Source: Eledone cirrhosa (Eukaryota). Taken from it: 64,000 nucleotides of DNA. The stretch spans positions 51,832,001 through 51,896,000 of the forward strand of contig OZ024751.1 of the NCBI GenBank assembly GCA_964016885.1, read 5' to 3'. A model generated the notes under the pieces. That model was not told where the DNA came from. It searched no databases and saw nothing but the letters and a program-made list of their open reading frames with translations. Both the position numbers and the translations under genes were made by a program. Below are positions 24,826 to 39,011 of the stretch, one piece after another; position 1 is the stretch's first letter, and each line of letters starts with the position of its first letter.

Positions 24826-25576
24826 TATTTATGTTTGTGGGTTGGATTGTGGATGGGATGGGTAGGTCAGAGAGTACCAGTAAGGCTCATCAGATGATAT
24901 TGCAGTGAGTCATATATAAATTTGTATTCGATAGATAAGACTTAATCTGAAATAACACCCACAATATCAACACACTGTATGTATGTATATATATATATAA
25001 TATACATACATACATCATCATCATCATCATATATACATATACACAAACATATATACATACATATACATATATAACAAATACATATATATACATGTATACA
25101 TCCATATTCTCTCTCACACACACATATATACATACATATATACGCATACACATATATATATAATATTATACACACATTCACACATATTATCATTTCCTTT
25201 ATCTTTTTCCATGCTGGTACAGGTTGGACAGGTTATAGCAGTTCAAGTCAGTTCTATTTAGAGTTACTGCCTACCTAGGCTGGATCGAGGACACCATGAT
25301 CATATGTTCCAGATTTTGGGGGGCATGGTTTCTGCAGTTGGATCTTCAAAACTTCCATGCTTTCTGAAATTCGCCAACACTACACCTGATATTCCCCCTA
25401 CACACACACACACACACTAGTATCTGTGTGCATATCAAGACTCAAACACTGTTCTCTTTTTTAACATTTGTATATTATTCTATGTACTATACATGCCCCT
25501 TTGATGAGTTGAAGTGCACCTGAGCACTATACACAATAATTTCCATTATTATTATTATCATTATTATATACTTATG

Positions 25577-25912
25577 GAGGCACATGGGTTAGTGGCTAGA
25601 GCATTGGCCTTGCAATCGAAAGGTTGTGAGTTCAATTCTCAGACCGGGTGATGTGTTGTTTCCTTGGGCAAGACACTTTATTTCACATTGCTCCAGTTTA
25701 CTCAGCTGTAGAAATGAGATGATAGGGACTGGTGTCCCTATCACTCCACTGTAAAGTGGACATGTAGGCGCCACGGAAAAAAAAAAGCACCCAGCACTCA
25801 CTGTAAATGAGGTTGGTGTTAGGAAGGGCATCCAGCTGTAGAAATCAAGCCAGAATCAGTTCCCGTCCCACCTTTGCAAGCAGGGAAAAGTGGACGTAAA
25901 ATGATGATGATG
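25577..25912 (+). mobile_element. tRNA-SINE with CORE-like body and RTE tail (other copies at 26902-27260, 42490-42815, 51611-52000, all minus)
   Basis: A box agtggctagagc, B box gagttcaattc; ccttgggcaagacact; RTE 3' end plus (GAT)n. Confidence 0.85.
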
Positions 25913-26519
25913 ATACCCTTTCTAATACCAACCACTTTAGAGTGTGTACTAGAGAGGTTGTCATGTCCTCAGTAAGATAAAACAACTATCACTTCTTTAC
26001 AAAATTGAGTAAAATTAGTAAAAATTATCAGTAAATGTTGTTGTTTAGTCCTAGGTCAATCCTGTTTGAGTAAACCTATGATGAAAGGCATTACAGGCAT
26101 GACCTGTGGTGTATCCAGGGCCACATTTTATAATGTGACCTTCCTCTTTTAAGACAATATAGTGAGATTTGAGAGAGATTTTGCTGCTATTTCTAACAAA
26201 TCATACAACTGTATAGAGATTTGTTTGTTTTTTATTAGTTTTGACACACAGAACAATGCAATTTCCCAGTATGAAACACAGAAACACTACACCCTAGTCA
26301 CACAATATGGTTACAACTGGACGTTGTATACAATGTGGTATTTACAATTTTGTTACTATGTATATATGTTGTAACCATAGAGTATGACCAGGGTGTAGTG
26401 TTGCATACAATTGCATTGCATTGTTGTGTGTCGAAACTAATAAAAATAACAAAAAAACTCTAGACAGTTGTATGATTTGCTAGAAATAGCAGCAAAATCT
26501 CTCTTGTAAATACCAGATT

Positions 26520-26745
26520 TGTGAAGGCGTGTAGCCTGAATGGTTAGAGGATTGGATTCGCAATCGTGAGATTGTGAGTTCGATTCCTGGACGGGGTGAT
26601 GCATTATGTCCTTGAGCAAGACACTTTATTTCACGTTGCTCCTTTTACCTGGAGTTGCGACCGATAGATAGTAATAGCAATTGGAAAGACCAATGGAAAC
26701 ATTGTTTCCTCGGTCTGATTTCACGAAAGTCGATCGACTATCATA
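26520..26745 (+). mobile_element. tRNA-SINE family (second copy 53810-54050)
   Basis: tggttagaggattggattcgcaatc...gagttcgattcc...ccttgagcaagacact. Confidence 0.65.
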
Positions 26746-27573
26746 TCATATATATATATATATAAATTGAAAATAGGATGCGCGCACAACAAAGACAATG
26801 GAAAAGAAAACCAAAACTGGTAGATAGTAATAGCAATTGGAAAAACCAATGGAAACATTGTTTCCTTGGTCCGATTTGACGAAAGTTGATCGACTATCAT
26901 ATCATCATCATCATCATCATTTTACGTCCGCTTTTCCCTGCTTGCAAGGGTGGGACGGGAACTGATTCTGGCTTGATTTCTACAGCTGGATGTCCTTCCT
27001 AACACCAACCTCATTTACAGTGAGTGCTGGGTGTTTTTTTTCCATGGTGCGTACATGTCCACTTTACAGTGAGGGCTGGGTGCTTTTTTGCTGTGACACC
27101 TCCACGACCACTTTGCAGGGGAATGATAGGGAACCCAGTATTATCATCTCATTTCTACAGCTGAGTAAACTGGAGCAATGTGAAATAAAGTGTCTTGCTC
27201 AAGGAAACAACACATCACCCGGTCTGAGAATTGAACTCACAACCTTTCGATTGCAAGGTCAATATGTATATATATATATGAATTGAAAATAGGATGCGTG
27301 CACAGCAAAGACAATGGAAAAGAAAACCAAAAAACGGAAATATATATATATTATATATATAGGGATGGTAACGTGAGTTAGTGTAGGTTCATCCAAGTGA
27401 GCACTCGATGCGTAATTAGTGTAAATATAATATAATAATAAAAGCACGATTTGTTATGTGTTCATTACATTTATTTATATTATATATAGTGTAGGTAGTA
27501 CAGTGAAGTACTGGTGTTGGTACCAAATCAAGCACTCTAAACACAGGCACAACAAAAATATATCTTTTGTCAC

Positions 27574-27672
27574 ATCACCAGTCTGAGGAGCAGATTGATA
27601 TTGGCGTCGGGTCCATAACTCCTATGAGTCACCTTGAGCCAATCCTCTGCGAAACACGTGTAACAGGTTGAT
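27574..27672 (+). ncRNA. Hammerhead motif with long stem II
   Basis: CUGAGGA-GCAGA...UCUGC-GAAACACGUGUA; stem I AUCACCAGU/ACAGGUUGAU (imperfect). Confidence 0.7.
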
Positions 27673-28204
27673 ACGCAATAAATATTTTTCATATGTAAAC
27701 GAAACTTCCTTGTTTTTTTCTATTTTTTTCTATGTGTGTGTAGGAGTACTCAATATGGAAGTTTTGATATTCTTTTTATTACTGCTAAATAGTGAGTCAT
27801 GTTACTTTAGAATTTCCCACGTTTACCACAGAGTAATCAGACAAGAACTAATGTTTCAATAGCAGACACAGTATAAATAAAGGAAGACTCAAGGTGGGAG
27901 AGGGGGATTTTAAATGAAGGGGAGGGTAATTAAAATAGGGTGAACAGGGTGGTGGTGGCAGTGGGTGAAGGGATAATGGATATAGCCATAAAACTGGTCA
28001 GTGGTAGGCAGGTGATGAATGTGAAGGTGGGTATAAATGTTTTAATATAGAAAAGCTTCTACAGGACTAGAACTGTTTGATTCGTGAGAAATCATGTATA
28101 TATATATATATATACATATTGTTATATTTGGGGAGGGTCATATTGTTATAATATTGCCAGAAATAATAAAACACACTCACTGTTTCAAAACCTTGCAAAA
28201 CAAA

Positions 28205-28296
28205 TATATATATATATACATACATATATACATACACATATATATACATATATATATATATACATACATACATACATATATATATACATACATACA

Positions 28297-28328
<32 letters not shown>

Positions 28329-28650
28329 CATATATATACATACATACATATACATATATATACATACATACATATACATATATATACATACATACATATA
28401 TATACATACATACATATACATATATATACATATACATATATATACATACATATACATATATATACATACATACATATATATACATACATACATATACATA
28501 TATACATACATACATATACATATATACATACATACATATACATATACATATATATACATACGTACATGTACATATACATACATACATATACATATTTATA
28601 CATACATACATACATATATATATACATACATATACATATACACACACATA

Positions 28651-28700
<50 letters not shown>
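28205..28700. repeat. (TA/TACA)n compound microsatellite
   Basis: Read directly; it generates many spurious YI/HT ORFs. Confidence 0.95.
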
Positions 28701-28701
<1 letters not shown>

Positions 28702-28702
<1 letters not shown>

Positions 28703-29340
28703 TAGCAGCAGTACCCAGCGTTGCCTGGGTAGGTCAAATAATATCTGCTTTGATGAAAAGGTGTTGATCTTAGCGACTGCTTCTCGATGACTCATCTATG
28801 GCCACACACAGGCCATGCGGAGGAGGGTGGTGATGACCTCTATCACTGAGAAATGCAGGTGACTGACGAAGGGGCATGCTGGGGAAGGGAGGTAATGACC
28901 TCTAACACTAAGCCAAATTTCCTCACGCTACTTGATTGGAAACCGATGAATTCTCAAATACACAACTAAAAGCTCAGACAACGTCAGTGGCCATCCTTTT
29001 GCCTTTGACCATCCATAAGATGAGCAATGATAGGTTCTATCGTGATATAAAAGTTGAACCAAATAAATTGATTTATGTGTGAGGTGGAGCCGAAGTTTCG
29101 AATTTGAACGAAATCGGTTGAAAAATGTGGGAGCTAGAGCCGAAAATGCGGAAATTTGAGCGAAAAGGTGGTATTTTCGAATATTTAAGCAGCTGCCACA
29201 CCGTTCCTGAACAAAAAATCCAAAATGTAAAGCCACTTTAAGACGTGAAAAAATCAGATCTAGCGTAGTGTAAAATTTGAACAAAGTAGGTTGATTAATG
29301 TGGGAGCTAGAGCCGTGTTCATTTAATGAACACTGGCGAG
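28702..29340 (-). mobile_element. Non-autonomous Helitron-like element (5' end uncertain)
   Basis: Minus-strand 3' end ACCCAG-gcaacg-CTGGGT...CTAG|T. Confidence 0.55.
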
Positions 29341-30000
29341 AGCTTCAAGATAGAAAAGATTCATCCAGTACTCCACCAACACGCTAAAATAGAACATAAG
29401 GGCAAATTAGAGAACAGAAATAAAAATAAAATCTACACACAGAAAAGATGCACTGTTTAGACCAATCACAGAGGCAATAAACATAAATGAACTCCAACCA
29501 AAATTAAATAGAAAACATGAATAGAATAACATCACAACTTACAATTAAGGACAAAATGAAAACACACACACATAGAACAAACAACCTACCAGTAACATGT
29601 AAATAAACAAATAAATAAACAAATAAAAACACACACAGACACCCGGATGTAACACATGTGCAAACTAAGCACACAACACACACAAAAACAAAATAGCGTA
29701 GGATAGAACAAAGGAGAGGCACAAAACGAAGAGAAGAATCCCCAGTCACTGAAGAGGTCACAGAATGTGTGACAAAAGAACTTTGACAATATATGAACAA
29801 CTGTCTGGTTGTGGAACCAACCAGCCGGAAATTTATAAATTTAATTTATAATAAATTGAAGTGAAAGCAACTGGTGCGTGTTTCTTATTGGCAACATGAC
29901 CCTCCCAAAGTATAACAATGTCGGTTTCAACACACATTTTCAGATAAAGAATCTTGCTAAACAAATTCAGAAACGAAATATATATGTATATATATATATA

Positions 30001-33000
30001 TCATCATCATCATCATCATCATCGTTTAAAGTCCATCTTCTACGCTTGCATGGGTTTGGACGGGAGTTTTCCCACTTGAGGCAAGAGTGGTTGTCTTGCT
30101 CGCATAGGACTGTCTGGCGGGTTTTCTACGGCTGGATGCCCTTTCTAACACCAACCATGTTTACAGTGTGGACTGGGAGGTTTTTACCGTGTTACCTACA
30201 CGGCCACATTACAGTGTGGACTGTGTGTTTTTTTGTCGTGACACCTACACGACCTCATTTGTTTCGGACTGGATGTTGTGGTACCAACATAACTTTACAT
30301 TGAAAGGGGTGGTGTGGATGGGGTCGGGGTAGTGGGACGGGGTGTATTTTTGTTAGAGGTGCCTACTGACTGTAGTAGGTTTCACTTTGTAGTTAGGTAA
30401 GGCGGGTCTTCTGTATTACTGTGTAGCGCCAAAGATCTCGGTCCAGTGACATTGTCTTGGAGAGGTGTAAGTGTGTGAGGTCGGAATTTATCAAGTCGTC
30501 CCAGGTTTTTCTGGGTCTGCCTACTCCGTGGCTACGATCTATTTTTATTGCCCTGCACTTTTTTATACAGCTGTCGTCTTTCATGCGCATCACGTGACCA
30601 TACCAACGTAGTCTTCTCTCGAGTAAACAACATCTGATCCCTCTTATTTCTAATTTTTCCCTTAGTTCGTTTATGCTTTGCCGTTCACGTATATTACTAT
30701 TACACATCCAGCGGAGCATGCAAGCTTCGTTCCTCTCCAGTCTGCGTATATCCTCTGCACACAATGCTCAGGTCTCACTGCCATGTAACATTGCTGTTCG
30801 TATGCAAGCATCATACAGCCTGCCTTTCATTTTTAGAGAGAACCCTTTAGCGGCTAATAGTGGTATAAGCTCTCTGAACTTTTTCCATCCAGTTCTGACT
30901 CTAGCTACTGTACTTTCAGAGCACCCTCCACCACTGCTGATTTTGACACCCAAGTAACGGAAGGGGTCCACTATTTCTATAGAACCATCTGTGCAATGGA
31001 ATGAGCTAGTATTCTGTGGGCACTTGCTGCTACTTATTGCACCAGAGCACCGGCCACATGTAAAATCTATGTTCTTAGTTAGCTTACCTGTGATCCCACT
31101 ACATCTTTTATGCACCCATACTTTGCATTTGGGACATAAAATGGAGTTTCTACCTACTCCTTTCCTACACACTGAGCATGGCCATTTCCCGGATGGGACC
31201 GGTGCCCTATTTTCCTTCCTACAAACTAGAACTTTAGTCTTAGACAGGTTAATTTTAAGGCCTTTTTATTCTAGGCCATGCTTCCATGTTTGGAATTTCT
31301 TCTCTAGTTCGGCCATTGATTCCGCTATGAGCGTTAGATCATCTGCGTATAGGAGTTCCCATGGGCAGCCGGTCTTGAACTCCACTGTTATAGCCTGAAG
31401 GGCAATAATAAATAGTAGGGGGCTAAGAACGGAGCCCTGATGAACACCAACTTTTACGCTAAACTCTTCACTATATTCGTTGTTAATTCTAACCTTGCTG
31501 ACTGTTTCTTTATACATGGCTTGTATAGCTCTCACAAGCTATTCATCAACACCTAGTTTTCTAAGAGCCCACCAGATAATGGAACGGGGGACTCTGCCAA
31601 AGGCTTTCTCAAAGTCGACAAAAGCTAAGTATAGGGGTTTACTTTTAGCTAGGTACTTCTCCTGTAGTTGTCGTACAATGAAAAGAGCGTCTGTGGTACT
31701 TTTACCTGACAGAAACCCGAACTGCATTTCATCTAGATCAATTCTCTCTCTGATTAGTTGCGCTATTACTTTTTCTGTGACCTTCATGACCTGGTTGATT
31801 AATTTAATGTCTATCTAGGGCATCTCCTTTACCCTTGTAGCAGTTAATGATGATGCTGCTACGCCACTCCTTCGGAACAACCCCATTCTGTATGACTTGG
31901 TTTACTATCCGAGTGACCATGGTGTGTCCCACCGTTCCAGAAGCTTTCAGCATTTCAGCAACTATTTCCGAAGGCCCAGCCGCCTTACCCGTCTTCATAT
32001 CTTTGATTGCCTTACTTATTATACTACCTTCGACTAACACTGCTGGTCCCTCTATTGGATCGATGTGGGGGAGTCTGTCTTTCTCCCATTTATTCTCCTC
32101 ATTTAGTAGCCTTTCGTAGTGACACTTCCAAGCTACCTTCTTATCAGCGTCAGTGATGGCAAATACACCATCATCATTAAGGACACACTTCTCCCCGACA
32201 ATATCACGGTTTTCCTTGACACATTGCCTAGCAATCCTGAACACCTCACGTTTTTGGTCCTCGCATTGTAGAACATGCTTGAACTTTCTTTCCTCTGCTT
32301 CCCTTCTTGCGAAGTACACTTGTCTCCTAGCTTCCCTCCTGGCCACTTGATAGTCTTCTCTACTTCCCCCATCCCGCCATACTTTCCAAGCCTGCTTTCT
32401 GGCCTTAATTGACTCCTCCACCTTACTGTTCCACCACCACATTACTCTCCTCCTGCCTATAGGCCTGCTCCAGCCACAGACTTCGTCTGCCGCCATCAGC
32501 AAGTTTGCTTTCAGGAATTCCCACTGTTCCTCTATATTGTACGACTCTAATTGCTCTTCCTTACTGTCGAAAGCATCAAGTAATATGCTTTTAAATTTAT
32601 TACTGGCTGTGGGGTCCTTTAGCTTCCATATTTTTCTCCTGAGGATAGTCCTCTTCTGTTGTCGAGTACGTCTCGTCCTGACTATGAGGTCGTTAATTAT
32701 CAGTCTATGTTGGGAGGTGCATTCTTCATGGGGGAGGGATTTAGTGTTTACAACAGACACTCTGTCATGTCTTCTGGTAAGGATATAATCTACCTGGCTG
32801 GTATGTTCCCCTGATCTGTAGGTGATCAAGTGATTGTCTCGTTTTTTTAAGTTAGTGTTACAGATAGTTAGGTTATTTGTGTCACAGAATTCCAGGATTC
32901 TGGAGCCTTCCTCATTTCTAGTACCAAACCCATAGTCTCCATGGATTCCGTCATAGCCGTCACAATGTTGTCCAACGTGACCATTTAGGTCGCCAGCAAT

Positions 33001-33780
33001 AATTATATAGTCACTGTCGGTTATTTGGGAGGTAGTGAGCATTAGTGTCTCATAGAATCTGTCTTTTATAGCGCCAGGCAGTCCGGATTGGGGTGCGTAT
33101 GCAGATATTACTGTCACAGTAGTTCTATTTAGAACAAGTCTTATTTTAATTATTCTGTCATTCACTCTATTTACGTCTATTATCTTATCCACCCATTTTT
33201 CTGCTAACATGATTCCTACCCCACCCAGCCCATTGTCATTTCCCACCCAGAAAAGCTTATAGCATCGTTTTTTACCCACAATGAATCTAGCAGACCCGCC
33301 CCTCCACCTGGTCTCTTGGATACAGCAAACATCAACCTCCTTACGTTCAAGCATTTCTACAACCTCGTTAGGGCGGCCTTTTAAGGTGCCTACATTTATG
33401 GTACCAACTCTGAAGTTTTGGATTGCGTTTGGTGGGTGGGGCGTGGGGAGGGGTGAGGGGGATGGGGATGGGGTTGGGGTTATGTTGGCCATCCGCGGCC
33501 GAAACAAAGAGGAGGAGTCCTTGCCCTTTCGTCCGGCAGCATGAGGTGAATTTGTCGTTATCTTTGGCATTGTCTCCGAGTGTCCAGATTCTTCAGACTC
33601 TCCAGAAATTCCTTAGTCCATCCATCATATCGAAAAGCAACCAGGAGAAGTGATAGCATAGGCCGCTGACTTATGATTGGTCCAAATAATAATGGTGGAG
33701 AGTGGGGGCGGGAGGGATGGGTATGGGGTAGTTAGTGAGGAGAAGGTTTTAAATAAAGCAATAACAGTAACAAGCGATTA
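30001..33780 (-). mobile_element. RTE subfamily A, near-full-length disabled copy
   Basis: Same protein split into ORFs 31804-33570, 31539-31787, 31266-31535, 30768-31172 and 30393-30764 by stops and a frameshift; same 3'UTR and tail; 5' limit approximate. Confidence 0.93.
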
Positions 33781-34156
33781 AAATACACAAGATTATTTAG
33801 AACAGCCAGACAGAATTATAGAATAGCATTGAGAAAGTAGGATTTGGATTCTGGGCGATTATACAGATATATGGATGAATGAACCGAAGGGTGGGGAGAC
33901 AAGAAGAAATGGTATTTTTACATTACATTTCGTAGAAGTGGACAGACCATTAATAAGAGTTGACAAATTCTGAGATTCGTACCTCGTAAAAGGTTTATTT
34001 ATATTTGGTGCGAGTAGGGAGCGATCGAGAGAGAGAGAGAGGGACCAACAGTCGCGTATGTGATAGAGAGGGGGGAGGGGGGTTGATAGAGATTTAGAGG
34101 GCCGAGAGAGGCCATTTTTATGAATCCTGGAAAATTTCAGCCAAAAATGGTAGTTA

Positions 34157-34245
<89 letters not shown>

Positions 34246-35501
34246 GAGAGATAGAGAGAGAGGGGAGGGGGGAGCCATGTCTCTAGTGCAGTAATCAGTA
34301 CACCAGCATAGCAACTTACAACCATATCAATTGGGAAGGGAAAAGAGGTGAGGTCATTTACCTCATTGCACTCATAAGAATCCACTCTCAACCCAATTGT
34401 GATAACATGGCTTTGAAAAGAAGGCAATGATGAAATATAGTTCTGTAGGCCAATCCTCCATAACCTCTCTGTATGTGGGAGGTTAGGGAATTAATGGCAG
34501 ATCAGCAAGAAGGAGGCTGATGACATATGTAAGTGTTATGTCTGTGTCTATGTATTTGACTGTGTGTATTTCTGTATGTCTGTGCATTTGTGTGTATGTA
34601 TGTATATGTGTGTGTGTGTGAGTGTATGTGAGTGTGTGTATTTGCGTGTGTTTCTGTGTGTGTGTGTATGTAAGTACATGTGTGTAGGGTGCATTTGTGT
34701 GTGTTTCTGTGTAGGTGTGTATGTACATACATGTGCATATGTAAGTACATGTGTGTGTATGTTTTTGTGTGACTGAGATGGGAGATGGGAGGAAGCAGCA
34801 ACAATGATTATCTGGTCTACTAGTGATGTTGATGATGGTGGTGATAGTGGTGATAGTGATGATGATGGTGATGATAGTGAGTGTTGGTGATGGTGATGAT
34901 AATGGTGGTGGTTATAATGTTGAAGATGATCATGATGATAGTGTTGGTGATAGTAATGATGTTGATGACAGTGATGATACCACACTATTACCACTAATAT
35001 CCCCCACCACCACTGCTACCCCCCCCCCCCCCCACTGCTAACAGCCCCACCCCCATCACCACCATTGCTAACACCCACACCACCACCACTGCTTACATCC
35101 CCACCACCACCACCAGATAAATATTACTAACACCCCACTCCCATTAACACATTTTGCATGATTGTCAACATTATTCAATCATCAAAACAATAATAACAAC
35201 AACAATAAAGATAGCATTATTTTTGTCAAAACTGTCCTTTATGCTAACAGTAGTGGTAAAACTGTTGGCCATTATTATTACTTACATAATCTTGATTGGA
35301 TAACATTACTTGTAAAAACACCATGTGCTTTAAAAACATGTGTTATAAATATTATGATTGCCTCCACCATTGCTGTTGTTATTGCTATACATCAGATTTA
35401 CCATGCTTGCATGGTTGGACAGGTTTACTCCACAGTACCTTGCCACTTCTTGTGATGCCTTGTCCTCTCCTTTGTGAGGATCAACATTCTGAACTCAACT
35501 G

Positions 35502-36000
35502 TCACCATTCCTACCCATATCCTGTCATTACAGGTCTGTCTCTACTATAGCTCCCTTCAACCTGTCTTCTTCCTTTGTCAGGGTCACCATTCTGAGATCA
35601 AGTATCACCATTCCTACCCATGTCCTGTCATTACAGGTCTGTCTCTACCATAGCTCCCTTCAACCTGTCTTCTTCCTTTGTCAGGGTCACCATTCTGAGA
35701 TCAAGTATCACCATTCCTACCCATATCCTGTCATTACAGGTCTGTCTCTACCATAGCTCCCTTCAACCTGTCTTCTTCCTTTGTCAGGGTCACCATTCTG
35801 AGATCAAGTATCACCATTCCTACCCATATCCTGTCATTACAGGTCTGTCTCTACCATAGCTCCCTTCAACCTGTCTTCTTCCTTTGTCAGGGTCACCATT
35901 CTGAGATCAAGTATCACCATTCCTACCCATATCCTGTCATTATAGGTCTGTCTCTACTATAGCTCCCTTCAACCTGTCTTCTTCCTTTGTCAGGGTCATC
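35502..36000. repeat. About 103-bp tandem repeat, about 5 copies
   Basis: Unit tcaccattcctacccatatcctgtcattacaggtc...gagatcaagta. Confidence 0.9.
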
Positions 36001-36394
36001 TTCTTAGTGAAGTTCAGCAAACTGAGATCAGCTTTCATCACTTCTTACCATGTCTTACTTCATCATTATCATCAACATCACCGTTTAACATCAATATTTC
36101 CATGCTTACATGAGTTAGACGGGTCGTCCAGGCCGGGAGGCAAGTCTTGCCAGGTTTGGCTATGTGTTGCTCCTTCCTCCCATGAGGACTGTAAATTTGG
36201 TTGGGTATTTTACAGCTGGATGCCCTTCGTTACACCAACCACGTTTACAGTGTAGAACTGGATGGCTCCATTATAAAGACGGACAGGTACTGGATATTTT
36301 CAAAATTAATTGATGCTTACCAAACCATGCCAGATGATGACAATGATATATATATACATGCAACATGCATGTATGCATTTATATATATATATAA

Positions 36395-36437
<43 letters not shown>

Positions 36438-36794
36438 TCTCTTTATTGTTGATAAACATTCCCAGTACACTCTGTAAAGTAGGTGGTGATAGGAAGGGCA
36501 TTCAGCCATAAAAACCTGTCAAAAAAAGAGTCAATTGGACTCGTACTGATGCCACAGTAAAATGCACTCAGTAATGCACAAGAATGGGAGTGAGATGCAG
36601 GCTTCCTGACCACATGAGTGATCAGTAGCTTCATTTGAGTAGTAACTTGGTCTGTGAAGTCCTGTCCAACACTTGGTAGCAAAGAAAACGGACAGGAAAT
36701 GGTCAACTGGAGGATAAAGCAGAAGGTACTGGCCCTAATTGTTGCATAGTGTAAATCAAACCCAGAACTTCTACATTGTAAAATTACAACTTAC

Positions 36795-36937
36795 CTTCTT
36801 TATGTCTGTCTTTAACACATGGTAAAACAAGATGCCGTGAAAGTATTGGAGGACTGGCTATGTCAGCAATGTCCAAAAAGCCACAAATTTCTAATTTTGT
36901 TCCAATTTTAGCATCGATAATTTCAAAGTCTTTCACT
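36795..36937 (-). CDS. INTS14: INTS14 coding exon 4
   Basis: LEICGFLDIADIASPPILSRHLVLP; tttcag/GTAAG; 143 nt, phase 2/1. Confidence 0.95.
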
Positions 36938-37932
36938 CTGAAACAAGATTAAGAAATGATTTGAACCTTTTTGTTACAATATTTCTAATGAAAAACATTG
37001 CCTATGATTTTTTAATAATTTAGAAGATGATCAAACATTTGGAAGGATTTTTTGTAATATAACTAATTGTCTCATTATTAACTCTTTAGCATTTACATTA
37101 CTCTGTATATACTATTGTATTTTCAAGGTAAACTCTTCATTTCACATAATTATCTCACATAATATCGAATCTATGAGATTTTGATATTATTTATTTCGAG
37201 AACAATACGTTAACATATGTATGAGCAGCTGGTTATGGCTGGTTTGAACAGAAAGAGGTGAAAGAATTCTGGCCATATAGGGATGGTTTAAATGCTATAG
37301 GGTTAAGCTGGTGTTTGACAGTTTTTAGATAAATATAAACACTTTAAAACAAGCTGTTTTGTAACATAGAACCAGGGACGGTTTCAGGCAATTTACTATT
37401 AAAAGGGTTATTGTCAGCTTATAAAGGAGGTAGACTTAGGCAAAGAGTTGGCATGGTCATTAGAGCATAGGACAAAATACCTTGCAGTATTTGTTACAGC
37501 TGTTTGTACTTGACCAGGGCAGAGGATTGGGAGAATTGTTAGAGCATCAGACAAGATGTGTTGTGTTATTTGACCTGGCTCTTTGCTTTCTGATTTAAAT
37601 ATTCCACTATGGCCTACTTGGACAATAAACTTAATCCAGTGCCCAGTTTAACACCACCATTTTGTTCAAGGGTGCCTTTAGCAAAGTCCAGTCTATCTCA
37701 AGCATTCAGACTAGGTTTCTTGCTTGACAGTACCTTCTCCATCCTACCTCTTCTTTGTCTAAGAGGCCCTGAAATGGGTCGTGGGCATTAGTTATAGTAG
37801 AAAACACCTTTCCTTTCCAAAGTGCAGCAACGTAGTGAGATAGAACACAAAAAAAATCATGGTTTTAAAACAAACTTCTTGACCATACAGCCATGCCTTC
37901 ACCTACATACACACCTCTCTCTCTATATATAT

Positions 37933-37976
<44 letters not shown>

Positions 37977-39011
37977 TGAGAAAGAGCTAGAAGAATCAAC
38001 AAACACAAACAAATAGTCACACACACACCTATCTATTAGTACACATTATCACAGCACTCTTATATAATCAATATGTGACAGATGTGGTTGGTGACACCTA
38101 ACTAACATAAACAAACACTTTTAATGGAATGATGATGATTGTGGTGGTGGTGATGGTGGTGGTAGTTGTCCTTGTGGTTGTGGTGATGGTAGTGGTAGGG
38201 GTTGTCATTGTGGTTGTTCTGATGATGATGATGATGCTCATAACAATGTTGATAATGGTGATGGTGATAATGATAACAGTAACTGAAACAATTACAATTA
38301 TGATAAAATGTTAAATATATTTTCTCCCTTGTCCTTAATTACTTTCTGAGTTCAAATCCTGCCAAGATGAATTATTACCTTAACCCTTTAGCATTTACAT
38401 TGCTCTATATATTAACCCTAATCTATCCCTTTAACATTTAGATTACTTTATATTTACTATTATATTTTCATGGTAAGGCTTTACCTCACATAATTATCTC
38501 ACATAATATCAAATCTATGAGATTTTGATATTATTTATTTTGAGAACAATACCTTAATATCAGGATATGGCCGGTTTAAATGCTAAAGGGTTAAGAAGGA
38601 CTTTAGACTTAGACTTATTTTTATTATGTATGGTTTCCACAGTGATAATTACTGGGTCTTCTATTGTCTGTCAGGTCTCAACAAGGAACTTAGACAGACA
38701 GTACTTTCCTGAATATATATAGGCAGTGCCCAACAGAGCAGTCTTTTGTAGGAGAGAAATTTGTGATTTGAGGTTTATTTTCTTAACCTTTTAGCATTTA
38801 AACTGGCTGTATCCAGCCATAATTTTCTCACCTCTTTCTATTCAAACTGGCTGTAACTAGCCACACATACTGATGTTAAGGTATTGTTCTCCAAATAAAT
38901 AATATCAAAATCTTATAGATTCGATATTATGTGAGATAATTATGTGAGGTAAAGTCTTTACCATGAAAATATAATAGTGTATATAGATTAATTTAAATGC
39001 TAAAGGGTTAA

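Noticed and set aside
25577-25650. tRNA genes at SINE heads
   Set aside because: Cloverleaf incomplete and followed by SINE body and tail
28067-28795. YI/HT/CV-rich ORFs (also near 9.6-10 kb, 34.5 kb and 60 kb)
   Set aside because: Translations of TA/CA microsatellites
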